This document shows positions 43,254 to 54,100 of a DNA stretch of 64,000 nucleotides, one piece after another (positions within the stretch are counted from its first letter, which is position 1; each line of letters starts with the position of its first letter). A program made the position numbers and the translations under genes. The notes below the pieces were generated by a model, which saw only the letters and a list, made by a program, of their open reading frames with translations, made no database searches and was not told the origin of the DNA. The DNA is from Nitrospirota bacterium (GTDB taxonomy: Bacteria; Nitrospirota; Nitrospiria; SBBL01; JAADHI01). The stretch covers positions 2,650 through 66,649 of the forward strand of contig JAJDBU010000028.1 in the NCBI GenBank assembly GCA_029261195.1, read 5' to 3'.

Positions 43254-45191
43254 GTGTCTCGACGACTAGGTTACTTGATCATCACCGCGCTCATTGTGGC
43301 AATTGCACTCGTCCTCTTTTTCAATCAGCCCAAAGAAGCCCCCTTTCCCTTCGCCTCAGTCATTGAGCGCTTTCCCGATTACCGGCCACCGGGAGAAGGT
43401 GTGAGCCTTTATCCCATCGGGGGGCCTTTCGGTATCGACACGATTGAAACGATAGAGGTGGGTCCGACCGGCACTGTTTTTGTCGGGACATTCGGGTCTG
43501 GTGTCTTCCTGAGTCAAGATGGCGGGAACCATTGGCGACCATCGAATCTTGGATTGGACGAAAAGTTTATCAGCACTCTTTTTGCCTTGGACGAGCAGAG
43601 GGTCTTTGCGGGAACGGTACGCAACGGCCTTTTCAAAAGCCAGGATAACGGCGGCCACTGGAAGCATGCTAATCAGGGGCTTGAAAATCTCGACGTAAAA
43701 ACAATGACGCTGCGTTCAAATACGGACATTCTGGCCGGAACAGGCCGAGGAGTCTTTAGAAGCCGGGACGGCGGCACAACATGGACGCCCTTCAATGAGG
43801 GCTTGGACCGTGTTCGCGTGCAAAGCATCGTCGAAACAAAAACGGAAACCCTTTTTGCCGCGACACAGGGATTAGGTGTCTTCAAAAGAGAAAAAGGTGC
43901 AGCCGCATGGAAATCGGCCATCGCAGGTTTTTCCTTCGAAGGGCTTGAAGAGCGCATCGTCCGTGCCCTGGTCTTAGGGAAAGACGACGTCCTCCTGGCC
44001 GGAACAATGAGTGCGGGCATTTTTTGGAGTGCTGATGGCGGGGCACATTGGGAGAACGGAAATTCCGGTCTTGTGAACCGGTCTATCCGAACACTATCGG
44101 TCGATAATAGCGGTCTCCTCTATGCGGGAACAGGCGATGGAGTTTATATCAGCAAAAACAACGGTAAGAGCTGGTCCCCTTTTCTGGAAGGAATGGATCA
44201 GGAAGAACGCCAGATTCATTCCTTTGCAGTCGATCCGACAGGCATTCTTTATGCCGGAGGCTCCCAGGAAATCTATCGAGGCCGTGAGCAAATGGCTTGG
44301 GAAGCGTTGCATGATCAACTGATGATCTCGCCGATTCTGAACATTATCTACGACGAAAAGGAGGGGATTACCGTCGGGACCGATGGCAAGGGTACCTATA
44401 TCAATCGCCAGGATGTCTGGATGTCGGATAACTTAGGACTCGTCAATCTTTCGATACTGGGCATGGCCCGTGGAGAAGTCTACCTCTACGCCCTCACACA
44501 TGACGGGGTTTATCGAAGACAGCGCATCCGACATCAATGGTCTCGGATAGAGGGAAATGTACCGGGGAAAGCAACAGTCATCGGGATTTCCGCAGACAAT
44601 CGGCTGTACCTGGGTACGACAAGCGGTTTGTATTCCTCTCCCGATCAAGGGACAACATGGGAAAAAGAAGAGGCCTTGTCTTCAGAAGAGATCAAGACCT
44701 TAAGCATTGAGGGGATGAAAATTCTGGCCGCGACCGAAAATACGCTCTGGTCAAAATCGGCTGAAGTTGGATGGGAAAAGCTCATGAGTAATTCAGAGAG
44801 CACTTTTCAGCAGGTGCTTTCGAGACCGGATCAAGGCCTGCTTGCCGTCACCGAGGACAAGGTCTGGCAACGGGACTTAAGCGCTGTCTGGCGAGAGTTG
44901 AAGGGGAAAACTCCGGAAGGTCTGGCGATTCTCTCCCTCGCCGTCGATCCCCACAACAGCGACCTGATCTATATCGGAAGTGACCGTGGTCTCTTCTGGA
45001 GTGCTGATAATGGTGAAAGCTGGCATCCTGCCAAGCAGTATCAGGGCGGTATTTTTGAAGGAAGAATTAACCAGGTCGTCCCGACCCAATCGAGCGCCGT
45101 CTGGCTGGCCACCGAAGCAGATGGTGTCGTCCTGGCGATTTCAAAACCCGCAAAAAAAAGTACGCTGGAACAGTTAAGGGATAAATTTTGA
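43254..45191 (+). CDS. Membrane-anchored BNR/Ycf48-like beta-propeller repeat protein
   Basis: 645-aa ORF. N-terminal TM helix. Recurrent S/D-x-D-x-G-x-x-W motifs: DGGNHW, DNGGHW, DGGTTW, DGGAHW, NNGKSW, DQGTTW, DNGESW. Confidence 0.75.
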   Translation: MSRRLGYLIITALIVAIALVLFFNQPKEAPFPFASVIERFPDYRPPGEGVSLYPIGGPFGIDTIETIEVGPTGTVFVGTFGSGVFLSQDGGNHWRPSNLGLDEKFISTLFALDEQRVFAGTVRNGLFKSQDNGGHWKHANQGLENLDVKTMTLRSNTDILAGTGRGVFRSRDGGTTWTPFNEGLDRVRVQSIVETKTETLFAATQGLGVFKREKGAAAWKSAIAGFSFEGLEERIVRALVLGKDDVLLAGTMSAGIFWSADGGAHWENGNSGLVNRSIRTLSVDNSGLLYAGTGDGVYISKNNGKSWSPFLEGMDQEERQIHSFAVDPTGILYAGGSQEIYRGREQMAWEALHDQLMISPILNIIYDEKEGITVGTDGKGTYINRQDVWMSDNLGLVNLSILGMARGEVYLYALTHDGVYRRQRIRHQWSRIEGNVPGKATVIGISADNRLYLGTTSGLYSSPDQGTTWEKEEALSSEEIKTLSIEGMKILAATENTLWSKSAEVGWEKLMSNSESTFQQVLSRPDQGLLAVTEDKVWQRDLSAVWRELKGKTPEGLAILSLAVDPHNSDLIYIGSDRGLFWSADNGESWHPAKQYQGGIFEGRINQVVPTQSSAVWLATEADGVVLAISKPAKKSTLEQLRDKF

Positions 45192-45214
45192 TGTGTCAGC
45201 GCATGACCTCACTT

Positions 45215-45858
45215 TGGAGAGACTCCTAGAGCGAATCCGATACCGGGGATTTGTCGTCACCTCCCGTGACATGACCGAGCTCAAACAGGCCGAAGAAGAA
45301 CGGACAGAACTTGAGGCGCACCTGCGACAAAATTAGAAACTCGAAGCCATCGGTACGCTGGCAGGGGGCGTCGCCCACGAAATCAATAATCTCATCGCAG
45401 GCATCATGAACTATGCCCAACTGATAAACGACCGGCTCGACCCGAAGAGTCCCTTACGTGAGTTTTCCCGGGAGATCGGTCGCGAGACCGAGCGGGTAGC
45501 CCTTGCCCGCGATGCACTCAATGCGCGATATCCCGAGCACGACCCCGACAAGGTCATGACGGTAAGCGTCCCAGCCTTCACAAAAGAAGGACGGCGATGG
45601 ATTCGCACCACGGTAGAGGATCGCGGCATGGGGATTCCAGGCAACATTCAGGGACGCATCTTCGATCCGTTTTTTACCACGAAAGACCGGAGCCTCGGCA
45701 CGGGCCTGGGGCTTTCAATAAGCCATGGAATTGTGCAGGATCACCACGGTCAATTATCCTTTGAGTGTGAAGCGGGGCAATACACACGCTTCCATCTCGA
45801 CCTGCCGGTAGGCGCCGGATGGAACACACACAGGGAAGGCACTCGGAAACGACCATGA
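45215..45858 (+). pseudogene. Histidine kinase relic (sensor region lost, in-frame TAG, internal deletion)
   Basis: Own translation: ...VVTSRDMTELKQAEEERTELEAHLRQN*KLEAIGTLAGGVAHEINNLIAGIMNYAQLI... This is the H-box, with an in-frame TAG at 45334-45336. It continues ...VEDRGMGIPGNIQGRIFDPFFTTKDRSLGTGLGLSISHGIV (G1/G2 boxes). The N-box region is missing. Confidence 0.75.
45682..45815 (+). repeat. Copy 1 of the ~134-bp diverged direct repeat (histidine-kinase G2-box tail)
   Basis: aaagaccggagcctcggcacgggcctgggg...cttccatctcgacctgccggtag. About 80% identical, by eye, to 46538-46671. Confidence 0.8.
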
Positions 45859-45917
45859 TTGAAGAGATCCTGAAATCACATGCAGACTGATGGAGGGGAT
45901 GCCCGGCAGGCATCAAG

Positions 45918-46677
45918 ATGGCACTCCGCGGAAAAGATGGATTGGGTACACAGGGCGAAGTGTTCTACGGCGACGAAGCCTTATGGCGCATGCAGCCCGT
46001 CACATTAAACGTGAATCTGCCAAACGGTTCGTGGCAATTGGCGGCGATCCCCATGAAAGGCTGGCATGCAGGCGCTGCCCGGATAGGGTGGATCCGTGTC
46101 GGCGGCATCATCATCGCGTCCTTTACGGGCATCCTCCTTTGGTTCCTGATTACTTATCAAGTGCGGGTACAGGAAAGTGAAAAACATTTCCGTGCGATGG
46201 TCGAAAACCTGCCGGCAGGCACGGTTTACGTAAAAAACGCGAATATTCTCATGAACCGGGGAATGGAAAAGATGACGGGATACAAACGCTCCGAACTGAC
46301 CACGGTGAATCGCGGCAGTGAAAAAGAAGCGGCGGAGAAACAATACAGGGAGGATGCACGAGCGGGATTTCCAATCGCCCGCGAACTCACGATTATTGAC
46401 CGCGATGGCAAGCAGCGGGAGATTAATTTTGCAGGCTATAAAGATACTGTGCACGAGATCTGGCTGATTGAGGATATGACCGACAAAAAACTGCATGAGC
46501 AAGAGCGGAAAATTCTGGAAATGCAGCAACTTCAATGAAAGACCGGAGTCAGGGCACGGGCCTCGGCCTGTCGATCAGCCATGGCATTGTCCGGGATCAC
46601 CAAGGTAAGTTATCCTACGCGTGTGAAGCTGGGCAATACACACGTTTTCATCTCGACCTGCCCGTAGACAAGGGCTG
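45918..46677 (+). pseudogene. Second histidine kinase relic (end of periplasmic sensor, TM, PAS, then deletion to the G2 box)
   Basis: ORF 45918-46538 contains a TM helix (IGWIRVGGIIIASFTGILLWFLI) and a PAS-like region (FRAMVENLPAGTVYV...). It ends ...ERKILEMQQLQ*. The next frame reads KDRSQGTGLGLSISHGIVRDHQGKLSYACEAGQYTRFHLDLPVDKG*. The DHp domain and most of the ATPase domain are therefore deleted. Confidence 0.7.
46538..46671 (+). repeat. Copy 2 of the ~134-bp diverged direct repeat (histidine-kinase G2-box tail)
   Basis: aaagaccggagtcagggcacgggcctcggc...ttttcatctcgacctgcccgtag. It is followed by a tandem duplication, gacaagggctgaaagtg / gacaagggctgaaaa, at 46667-46698. Confidence 0.8.
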
Positions 46678-46736
46678 AAAGTGGACAAGGGCTGAAAACT
46701 GGGTAGAAAACCCGAATAGCGAAAAGGAGGTAATCA

Positions 46737-49700
46737 TTGTCAAATATTCTGATTGTCGATGATGAGGAGAGCATTCGCATTACGCTGAAGGAATTTCTCA
46801 GAGACGCGGGCTATGAGGTTGACGCGGCTGAAGATGTTGAGCTGGCCATGAAGATGCTCGCGGCGAGGGATTTCGACGTTGTGGTCAGCGACATTATTCT
46901 ACCCCGGATTACAGGTCTGGCCCTTCTAAAATCGATCAAAGAGGCCTCTCCACAGGTAGAGGTCATTCTGATGACGGGCGAGCCGACGGTCGAGACGGCG
47001 TCCGAGGCCGTGCGTGCAGGTGCATTCGACTACCTGTCCAAACCGGTCAGCAAAAACCGCTTCCTCAATGCCGTTGCGAACGCGGTCAAGCTCAAGGCGC
47101 TCGGGGACAAAGCTCGGCTGCTGGTGAAAAAAAACCACCGCTACCAGGAAAACCTGGAGCAACTGGTCAACAAGCGAACGGAAGAATTGCAGGAGAGCGA
47201 GGAACGCTGGCATTTTGCTTTGGATGGAAATCGCGACGGGGTTTGGGATTGGAATGTGCTGAGCGGGGAAGTCTTTTATTCCAAACGCTGGAAGGAAATG
47301 CGGGGTTTTTCGGAGGATGAAATCTCCAATCATCTGGATGAGTGGGATAAGCGCATCCACCCCGACGACAAGGCGACCGTTTATGCCGACCTGAACAGGC
47401 ATTTCAGTCATGAAACGCCATACTATGAGAATGAACACCGTACGCAGTGCAAGGATGGCTCTTACAAATGGATATCGAGCCGTGGGAAGGTCGTTTCATG
47501 GACAGACGATCACAAGCCGCAGAGAATGATTGGTACGCACAGGGACATCACTAAGCGCAAACAGGCAGAAATGCTGGCCTCTGAGCGGCGTGGCATTCTC
47601 GAACTCATTTCACGGGGCAATGCCTCTCAAACCAAAATTTTCGAGCGCCTCATCCAAATTGCCGAAAACCACTGCCCGAAGGTCAGGGCATCCATTCTTC
47701 TGCTTGATGGCAATACAGCCCGTTCCGGAGCCGCCTCGAGTATGCCGGACGACTTCAATGCACTGGTTGACGGCCTGCAAATCGGACCGGCTGCCGGTTC
47801 TTGCGGCACCGCAATGTATCGTAAGGCGCGGGTTGTGGTGGCGGAGGTCCGCACCGACCCTTTGTGGGCGGACTTCTCCCATCTGGGGGAGGAATACGGC
47901 TTCCGTGCCTGCTGGTCTGAGCCGATAATGGGTGCCAACGGAACCGTCCTGGGGTCTTTTGCGCTTTATCACGAACAAGCGGGTTACCCCGGTCAGGCTG
48001 AAATCCATTTAATCGAATCCATGGCTTACCTGGCAGGGATCATCATCGAGCGTAAACAGTCGGAGGAACAGATACGGATGCTTTCTCAGGCGATTGAGCA
48101 GAGTCCCATCTCTGTGGTGATTACCGACACCGATTTGAACATCGAATACGTGAACAGCAGCTTTGAAAAAGTGAGCGGATATCGTTTAGAAGAAGTCATC
48201 GGACGGAATCCCCGAATGCTCAACGTCGATAAAACCCGCACTCCCCGTTGTGAAGCAATGTGGCAGACAATCACCGGGGGGAAGTCATGGCAGGGTGAGT
48301 TTCAGACTAAAAAGAAGAATGGCGAGATCCTCTGGGAGTCTGTGCATATTGCGCCCGTACTGGATGTCTCCGGCATCACAGCGCATTATCTTACGGTCCT
48401 GGAAGACATCACCCTTCGGAAACAGCAGGAGCAAAAGCTCCTGCAACAGGCCCATTTCGATGCCCTGACGCATTTGCCCAATCGCTTCCTCTCTTTGGAT
48501 CGCTTGTCTCAATTGCTAAAGGAGGCACAGCGCGACAAAACCTTGGTCGCCGTACTGTTTTTAGACCTGGATAATTTTAAAAAGGTCAACGACACCCTGG
48601 GACATGAGACTGGAGATAAGCTTTTAATGGAGGCCGCCTTACGTTTATCTCAGGTTGCACGTAGCGGCGATACCGTCGGGCGTCTCGGGGGAGACGAGTT
48701 TATCGTATTACTGGGCGGGCTTCTCAATGCGAATGATCCTCGTCCCGTGGTGAACAATATTCTTGAGCAGTTTCGAGCCCCCTTCATCATCGCGGACCGG
48801 GAACTGGTACTGACCACCAGTATCGGGGTTTCAATCTTCCCAAGAGATGGCGGTGATATTTCAAAACTATTACGCTGTGCCGATACGGCGATGTACCATG
48901 CAAAGAATCTCGGACGGAATACGGTTGCGTCCTTTAACGATACCATGAACCACGAGGTCTCCCGGCGGCTTGCCCTGGAAGAACAGATGTACGGGGCGCT
49001 GGATCGCAATGAATTTTCAGTCAGTTACCAGCCCATGATTGAGGTGAGTGGCGGTCGAGTTGTGGGTGCAGAGGCCTTGCTCCGCTGGCATAATCCGGCG
49101 CTGGGCCACATTTCGCCGGAGGAGTTTATCCCCATTGCCGAGCAAACAGGCTTGATCGTGCCGATCGGACAGTTTGTTATAACAACGGCGCTAGGCCTGT
49201 GTGCGCGAATGCATCCCTTCCATGATTCCGGATGCCACATGGCGGTTAATTTGTCACCCCTTCAGTTCCGTGATCCCGAACTGGTGCACTTTATTCAAAA
49301 AGTCCTGCAACAATCCGGTGTTCCCGCCGAGAGTCTGGAACTGGAGATTACGGAGGGGGTTCTGATGAGCGGTCATGCCTATGTCACCGATGCCCTGGCC
49401 GCATTAAGCGACATGGGGGTGAGTCTTTCCATGGATGACTTTGGTACCGGCTATTCCTCACTCAGCTATCTGCGGACTTATCCCTTTGATGTTCTCAAGA
49501 TTGATCGAAGTTTTATAAGTGATATTACGGAGGATCCCGCAGACCGGGCGCTGATTGATGCGACGATTGCCATGGCTCATGGTCTGAACCTGAAAGTGGT
49601 TGCAGAGGGCGTGGAAACAGAGGAGCAACTCGCCTGCTTAAAGAAGCGGGGCTGCGACTATGCACAGGGCTATTTTTTCGCTAAACCCATGCCCGGAGAT

Positions 49701-49742
49701 GAGCTGTTTGAGTGGATGTTGAAGAGAGATGAAGGGCTTTGA
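46737..49742 (+). CDS. Response-regulator receiver - PAS - GAF - PAS - GGDEF - EAL protein
   Basis: 1001-aa ORF. TTG start 7 nt after AGGAGG. REC domain (ILIVDDEESI...VVSDIILP). PAS domains ending RDITKRKQ and EDITLRKQ. Central GAF-like region. GGDEF domain (RLGGDEFIVLL). EAL domain (EALLRW, DDFGTGYSSLSYL). Confidence 0.9.
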   Translation: MSNILIVDDEESIRITLKEFLRDAGYEVDAAEDVELAMKMLAARDFDVVVSDIILPRITGLALLKSIKEASPQVEVILMTGEPTVETASEAVRAGAFDYLSKPVSKNRFLNAVANAVKLKALGDKARLLVKKNHRYQENLEQLVNKRTEELQESEERWHFALDGNRDGVWDWNVLSGEVFYSKRWKEMRGFSEDEISNHLDEWDKRIHPDDKATVYADLNRHFSHETPYYENEHRTQCKDGSYKWISSRGKVVSWTDDHKPQRMIGTHRDITKRKQAEMLASERRGILELISRGNASQTKIFERLIQIAENHCPKVRASILLLDGNTARSGAASSMPDDFNALVDGLQIGPAAGSCGTAMYRKARVVVAEVRTDPLWADFSHLGEEYGFRACWSEPIMGANGTVLGSFALYHEQAGYPGQAEIHLIESMAYLAGIIIERKQSEEQIRMLSQAIEQSPISVVITDTDLNIEYVNSSFEKVSGYRLEEVIGRNPRMLNVDKTRTPRCEAMWQTITGGKSWQGEFQTKKKNGEILWESVHIAPVLDVSGITAHYLTVLEDITLRKQQEQKLLQQAHFDALTHLPNRFLSLDRLSQLLKEAQRDKTLVAVLFLDLDNFKKVNDTLGHETGDKLLMEAALRLSQVARSGDTVGRLGGDEFIVLLGGLLNANDPRPVVNNILEQFRAPFIIADRELVLTTSIGVSIFPRDGGDISKLLRCADTAMYHAKNLGRNTVASFNDTMNHEVSRRLALEEQMYGALDRNEFSVSYQPMIEVSGGRVVGAEALLRWHNPALGHISPEEFIPIAEQTGLIVPIGQFVITTALGLCARMHPFHDSGCHMAVNLSPLQFRDPELVHFIQKVLQQSGVPAESLELEITEGVLMSGHAYVTDALAALSDMGVSLSMDDFGTGYSSLSYLRTYPFDVLKIDRSFISDITEDPADRALIDATIAMAHGLNLKVVAEGVETEEQLACLKKRGCDYAQGYFFAKPMPGDELFEWMLKRDEGL

Positions 49743-49791
49743 TCGGATCGGACAAGCTCTGCTTAAATCGCCAGTAGGAAGCATAGGGGCT

Positions 49792-51045
49792 TCAGGGTTG
49801 CCCGGAAACGGCCCGAATCGCTCGAATGCGTTCGAGTAGGGGCGGATGAGAAGCGTTTAAAAAGATGTGAAGCGGGTGGGGCGTGAGGTTGGATAGATTA
49901 TGCGCTGCAAGTTTTTTTAAGGCCTCTACCATTGTTTCTGCGCGTTCCACAGCATTGACCGCAAAGCGATCAGCCTCATACTCATTTTTTCTGGAGAGGC
50001 TATTTAGAAATAAAGACAGGATGAATTCAATCGGTGAGTAGAGCATCCCGAAAAAAAGAAGCCCGGTGTAAATGGACGGCTCAGCAATATAAAAGGCATC
50101 GTAAAGCCCTTGCTGACTTAGAAATATAGAAAGCAGCTTAAACATCAGCCCTGTATGGAGAATACTCAAGACCAGCCCTTGCCGGACATGTTTCTTTTTG
50201 TAGTGGCCGATCTCATGGGCAAGGATGGCGACGAGTTCCTGAGTTGTCTGCGTTTCGATCAGGGTGTCATAGAGTGCAATCCGCTTATTTTTTCCAAAAC
50301 CGGTAAAAAATGCGTTCGATTTGCTGGAGCGCTTTGAGCCGTCAATCACAAAAACATTTTGCAAGGGAAAATCAAGGGCCCTGGCAAGGGCCATGATCCT
50401 GTCTTTCAGCTCTCCCTCTTCGAGTGTTTTGAATGCATTGAAAAGCGGCATAATCCATGTGGGTGCAATCAACTGAATCAACAAAAGAAAGGCCGCCGTC
50501 AATCCCCAGGCGTAAAGCCAGGCGGATGTCCCTGCGTATTCAAAAAAACTCAGCAGAGCGGCAAGCAGCGGCCCACCCAGTACAACAGAAAGCAGGGCGC
50601 CTTTTAATAAATCGATCAAAAAGAGCCTCGGGCTTGTTTTGTTAAAACCGAAGCGCTCTTCAATGACAAAGGTTCTGTAGATCGAGAAGGGGAGAGAAAG
50701 CATTGCCAGAAGAAAATAGAGTGTAGCGATATAGAGCAGGCCGCTCATGAGTGCATTGAGCTCCCAGGCGCGAACCCACTGGTCCAGTTGATTAAAACCA
50801 CTGGAAAACCAGAAAGCGAGGGTGAGTGCGAGCATCAAGGACGAAGTCATGATCCCGAATTTTGTGCGGTGACGGGCATAGTTTTGAGATTGACGATAGG
50901 CCGCCGCATCGTAGATGTGCTGCATCTCTTCCGGCAGCTTTGACTCAAGCCTGCCGATATTGAGCAGATCAGACAAAAGGTTCAGGAGGTATTCGCTGAT
51001 CAATGTCAATAAAACGATGATGCCGTAAAGATGCATTGCCGTCAT
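49792..51045 (-). CDS. M48-family zinc metalloprotease (Ste24/HtpX-like), integral membrane
   Basis: 417-aa ORF. HEIGHYKKKH (HExxH) and a downstream NEYEADRFA. Multiple N-terminal TM helices. Confidence 0.9.
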   Translation of the reverse strand: MTAMHLYGIIVLLTLISEYLLNLLSDLLNIGRLESKLPEEMQHIYDAAAYRQSQNYARHRTKFGIMTSSLMLALTLAFWFSSGFNQLDQWVRAWELNALMSGLLYIATLYFLLAMLSLPFSIYRTFVIEERFGFNKTSPRLFLIDLLKGALLSVVLGGPLLAALLSFFEYAGTSAWLYAWGLTAAFLLLIQLIAPTWIMPLFNAFKTLEEGELKDRIMALARALDFPLQNVFVIDGSKRSSKSNAFFTGFGKNKRIALYDTLIETQTTQELVAILAHEIGHYKKKHVRQGLVLSILHTGLMFKLLSIFLSQQGLYDAFYIAEPSIYTGLLFFGMLYSPIEFILSLFLNSLSRKNEYEADRFAVNAVERAETMVEALKKLAAHNLSNLTPHPLHIFLNASHPPLLERIRAIRAVSGQP

Positions 51046-51123
51046 TTCCCTCGAAAATTCAAGCCGGACTCAATCAGAGCTTCCTTAAGCCAATATTGAC
51101 ACATACGCTCAGGAGCTCAAACC

Positions 51124-54100
51124 CTAATCCAGATTCACCGAAACCAGTTTAGAAATGCCCGTTTCTTCCATGGTCACGCCATAGAGGACATCGGCGATTT
51201 CCATCGACAACTTGTTATGTGTCACGACAATGAACTGGGTCTTGTCGGACATTTTAAGAAGCGTCTGGGTAAAACGCCGTGTATTTTCTTCGTCGAGCGG
51301 AGCATCAATTTCATCTAAAAGACAGAAAGGGGTGGGATGGATTAAAAAAGTAGCAAAAAGCAGTGAGATCGCCGTCAGGGCTTTCTCTCCGCCGGAGAGC
51401 AGGGTGATCTTTCTATCCCCCTTTCCGGGAAGCTGGGCGACCAGTTCAATTCCGGATTCAAGGGGCTGTGCAGGATCAAGCAGGACCAGTTGCGCGGTTC
51501 CGCCACCAAAAAAGGAGGTGAAAACCTCTGCAAATTTTTCATTCAGGAGGTGAAAGGTCTCGACAAATAAACTCCGGGTCGTTTTATTGATTTTGTTGAT
51601 GACTTCCCTAAGCCCCTCAATCGACTGGTTCAGGTCGGACTCCTGAGTGTTTAAAAACTGAAATCGGGTGTCAAGTTCACTGTATTCCTCAATTGCAGCC
51701 ATGTTGACCGTGCCTAATGCACCCAATTTTTGTCTCAGGATGGCGGCCTGTTCTTCTGTTGCTTCATCCGGGAGGTCTTCTGCTTCAGGGGATGAATATT
51801 CGGAAATTATAATTTGGTAACGGTGGGTGATCTCTTCTTCAATCCTTTGGCAGTTCATGCTGGCTTCAACCTTTTTAAGGGCGACCTTTTGCAAGTCTTC
51901 TTCACATCGCTTTGATTCTTTTTGAAGTATTGCGCCCTCATGCTCTAAATTTTGTGTGGTCGATATGAGTTCCGCCTGAATCTCTTGATGTTTCCGGATC
52001 TCTGTGGCATGGATATCCCGTTCCTGAGACTGCTGTTCAATCGTTGCGGTCAATTCTTTTTCATCTACGGCACAGGCCAGGAGTTTTTCTTGAAGGCCTG
52101 AGTGGAAGGCCGTCTTCTCTATAAATCGTTGCTGAAGCGCACTTTTCTCCCGAGCGATCCGGTCTCGTTTTTCCTGGATGTGCGATCGTTTTTCCTTTAA
52201 AGAATTCGTCAACATCCTCAAACGCATGAGCTCTTCATTTTGAAGCAGTTGCTGTTGTCGCATTTCTGCCAATGCCGTTCTCTGCTGCTCAAGTTCGGCC
52301 TCTTTTTCTTCTTTTAATCGCCCTGTTTCTATAATGGATAATTTTTCAGCTTCTTCTTTTTGAATGAGTTCCTCTTCTTCAAAGGTATTTTCTTTCAACT
52401 CGAAATTCAGAGTCTCCAGCGCTTCTTCAAGACGTTCAAGTTCGCTGGACAGGCGATTCTGATCATTTTCTCGTTTTAACTGCTCAAGTTCGGCTAAGCG
52501 GATGTCTTCATTCAGCCCGTCTATTTCAGAGACAGTCGTCTGTAAAAGACGACGAGCGGCTTCAATCTCCTGTTCTGTGAGATCCATCTTCGCATTAAGG
52601 CCATCAATCTGCTCAGACAGGGTTAGCAGCTCACGTTTCTCTTCCAGGATACTCTTTCCCCCGGTGGAACCTCCGACAACAACACCAAAACGATCAAGCG
52701 CCTCGCCCTGCAAACTCAGCCAGGTTTCGACTTCGGGATGTGTCTTCCAGAGGGCCATTGCCGCTTCAAGATCTGAGACCAGATAGACCCCGCCCAGCAG
52801 AGCCTCTGCCATCTCCTCATAGCCTTTGCGAAACCCGATCAGTTCGCGTGCGGCTCCGATCAAGCCTTCTCCTGAAACTGAGACTGCTTTTTTATCTTGA
52901 TCGGAACGGATTTTACTTGGGAAAAAGGCGGCACGCCCCAGAGACATCTGAGCGATAAGCGAAAGCCCTAACTTAATTTCGGCATGGTCTTTCACAACAA
53001 GGCCTCTTAGCCGCGATTGCAAGAGGGCCTCAATCGCCCGTTCATAAGTGGCAGGGACCTCAATAAAATCAGCTAACATGCCTTGCAGTCCAGAGAGTTC
53101 AAGCAAGGGGTTTTCGCCATCGTCCTTTTTTTCCAGAACGCCCTGGTAAAATCGCTTGACTGAGGCGGCCTGGGCCTTCGCCCCGGCTAGCGCCTCCTTG
53201 AGGCTCAGGATCTCCGCCCCTAAGTGACTGATCGACTCCTCTGTCTTCAATTTAAGCTCTGAGGCCTTCCGCTGTGCCTCTCGTTTTTCCAGTACCTGTT
53301 TCGCCATTTCACCCGATTGCGCCTGAAGCTGTCTCAGCGATGTGCTTGATGCTTCGGATTGAGTGGATATTTTCCCCCGCTCAAGCTCTGCCCGCTCCTT
53401 GAGTCTGTGCAGGTCCTCTTTGCGTGCCTGAAAATGAGTGAGATTGTTTTTTGATGTCGTCAATTTGGAGATCAGATCGAAATGCCTTGCCTTCCCTTGA
53501 TCCAAGGCCATCGATTTTTTCCCGATATCCCCCTCAAGCACGGCAATTGCGGCTTCATTTTTAGCAAGAAGATCCTCATTCTCCGGGAGGACTGCTTTAA
53601 TCTCCTCCGCCGATTGCGTAAGAACGCAATCTTCATCTTCAAGCGTTTGTTGCCCTTCTTTGATTTTGCTGATTTCCTGATCAGACTGAGCCTGGGAGGC
53701 AAGCCACTCCGTGCGTTGTGCGTGGAGGGTTTGAATTCGTCCTTCCAAGCGAGCGATGCCACCTTCGATTTCAGAAACTTTCTGTTGAGCCGCATCAAGA
53801 TCTTCGTTTTTTTGAGTCAGAGCGAGCTTAGCCTCGGTTTGTTTCAATTCCAGAGAAGCCAGGTCTGAGGCTAAACGGGCGCTCAGGTCGTTTAACTTGA
53901 CCTCTTTTTCCAGGAGGGCGGCATCGGATTGTTTCCATTCCGACCATTCCCGATGCGCAAGCCGGCATTCCATTTTTTGCAACGTTTCTTGGAGTTGTTT
54001 GTATTGCTCTGCTTTCCTGGCCTGGCGATCCAGCCCCCCCCGTTGACGTTTAACCTCGGCGATGATGTCCCTGACGCGTACAAGATTCCGCTCGGTTGAT

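Noticed and set aside
46005-47438. 176-aa and 170-aa minus-strand ORFs (46005-46535 and 46926-47438).
   Set aside because: They lie antisense to the kinase relic and the REC-PAS-GAF gene. Their composition is typical of shadow frames.
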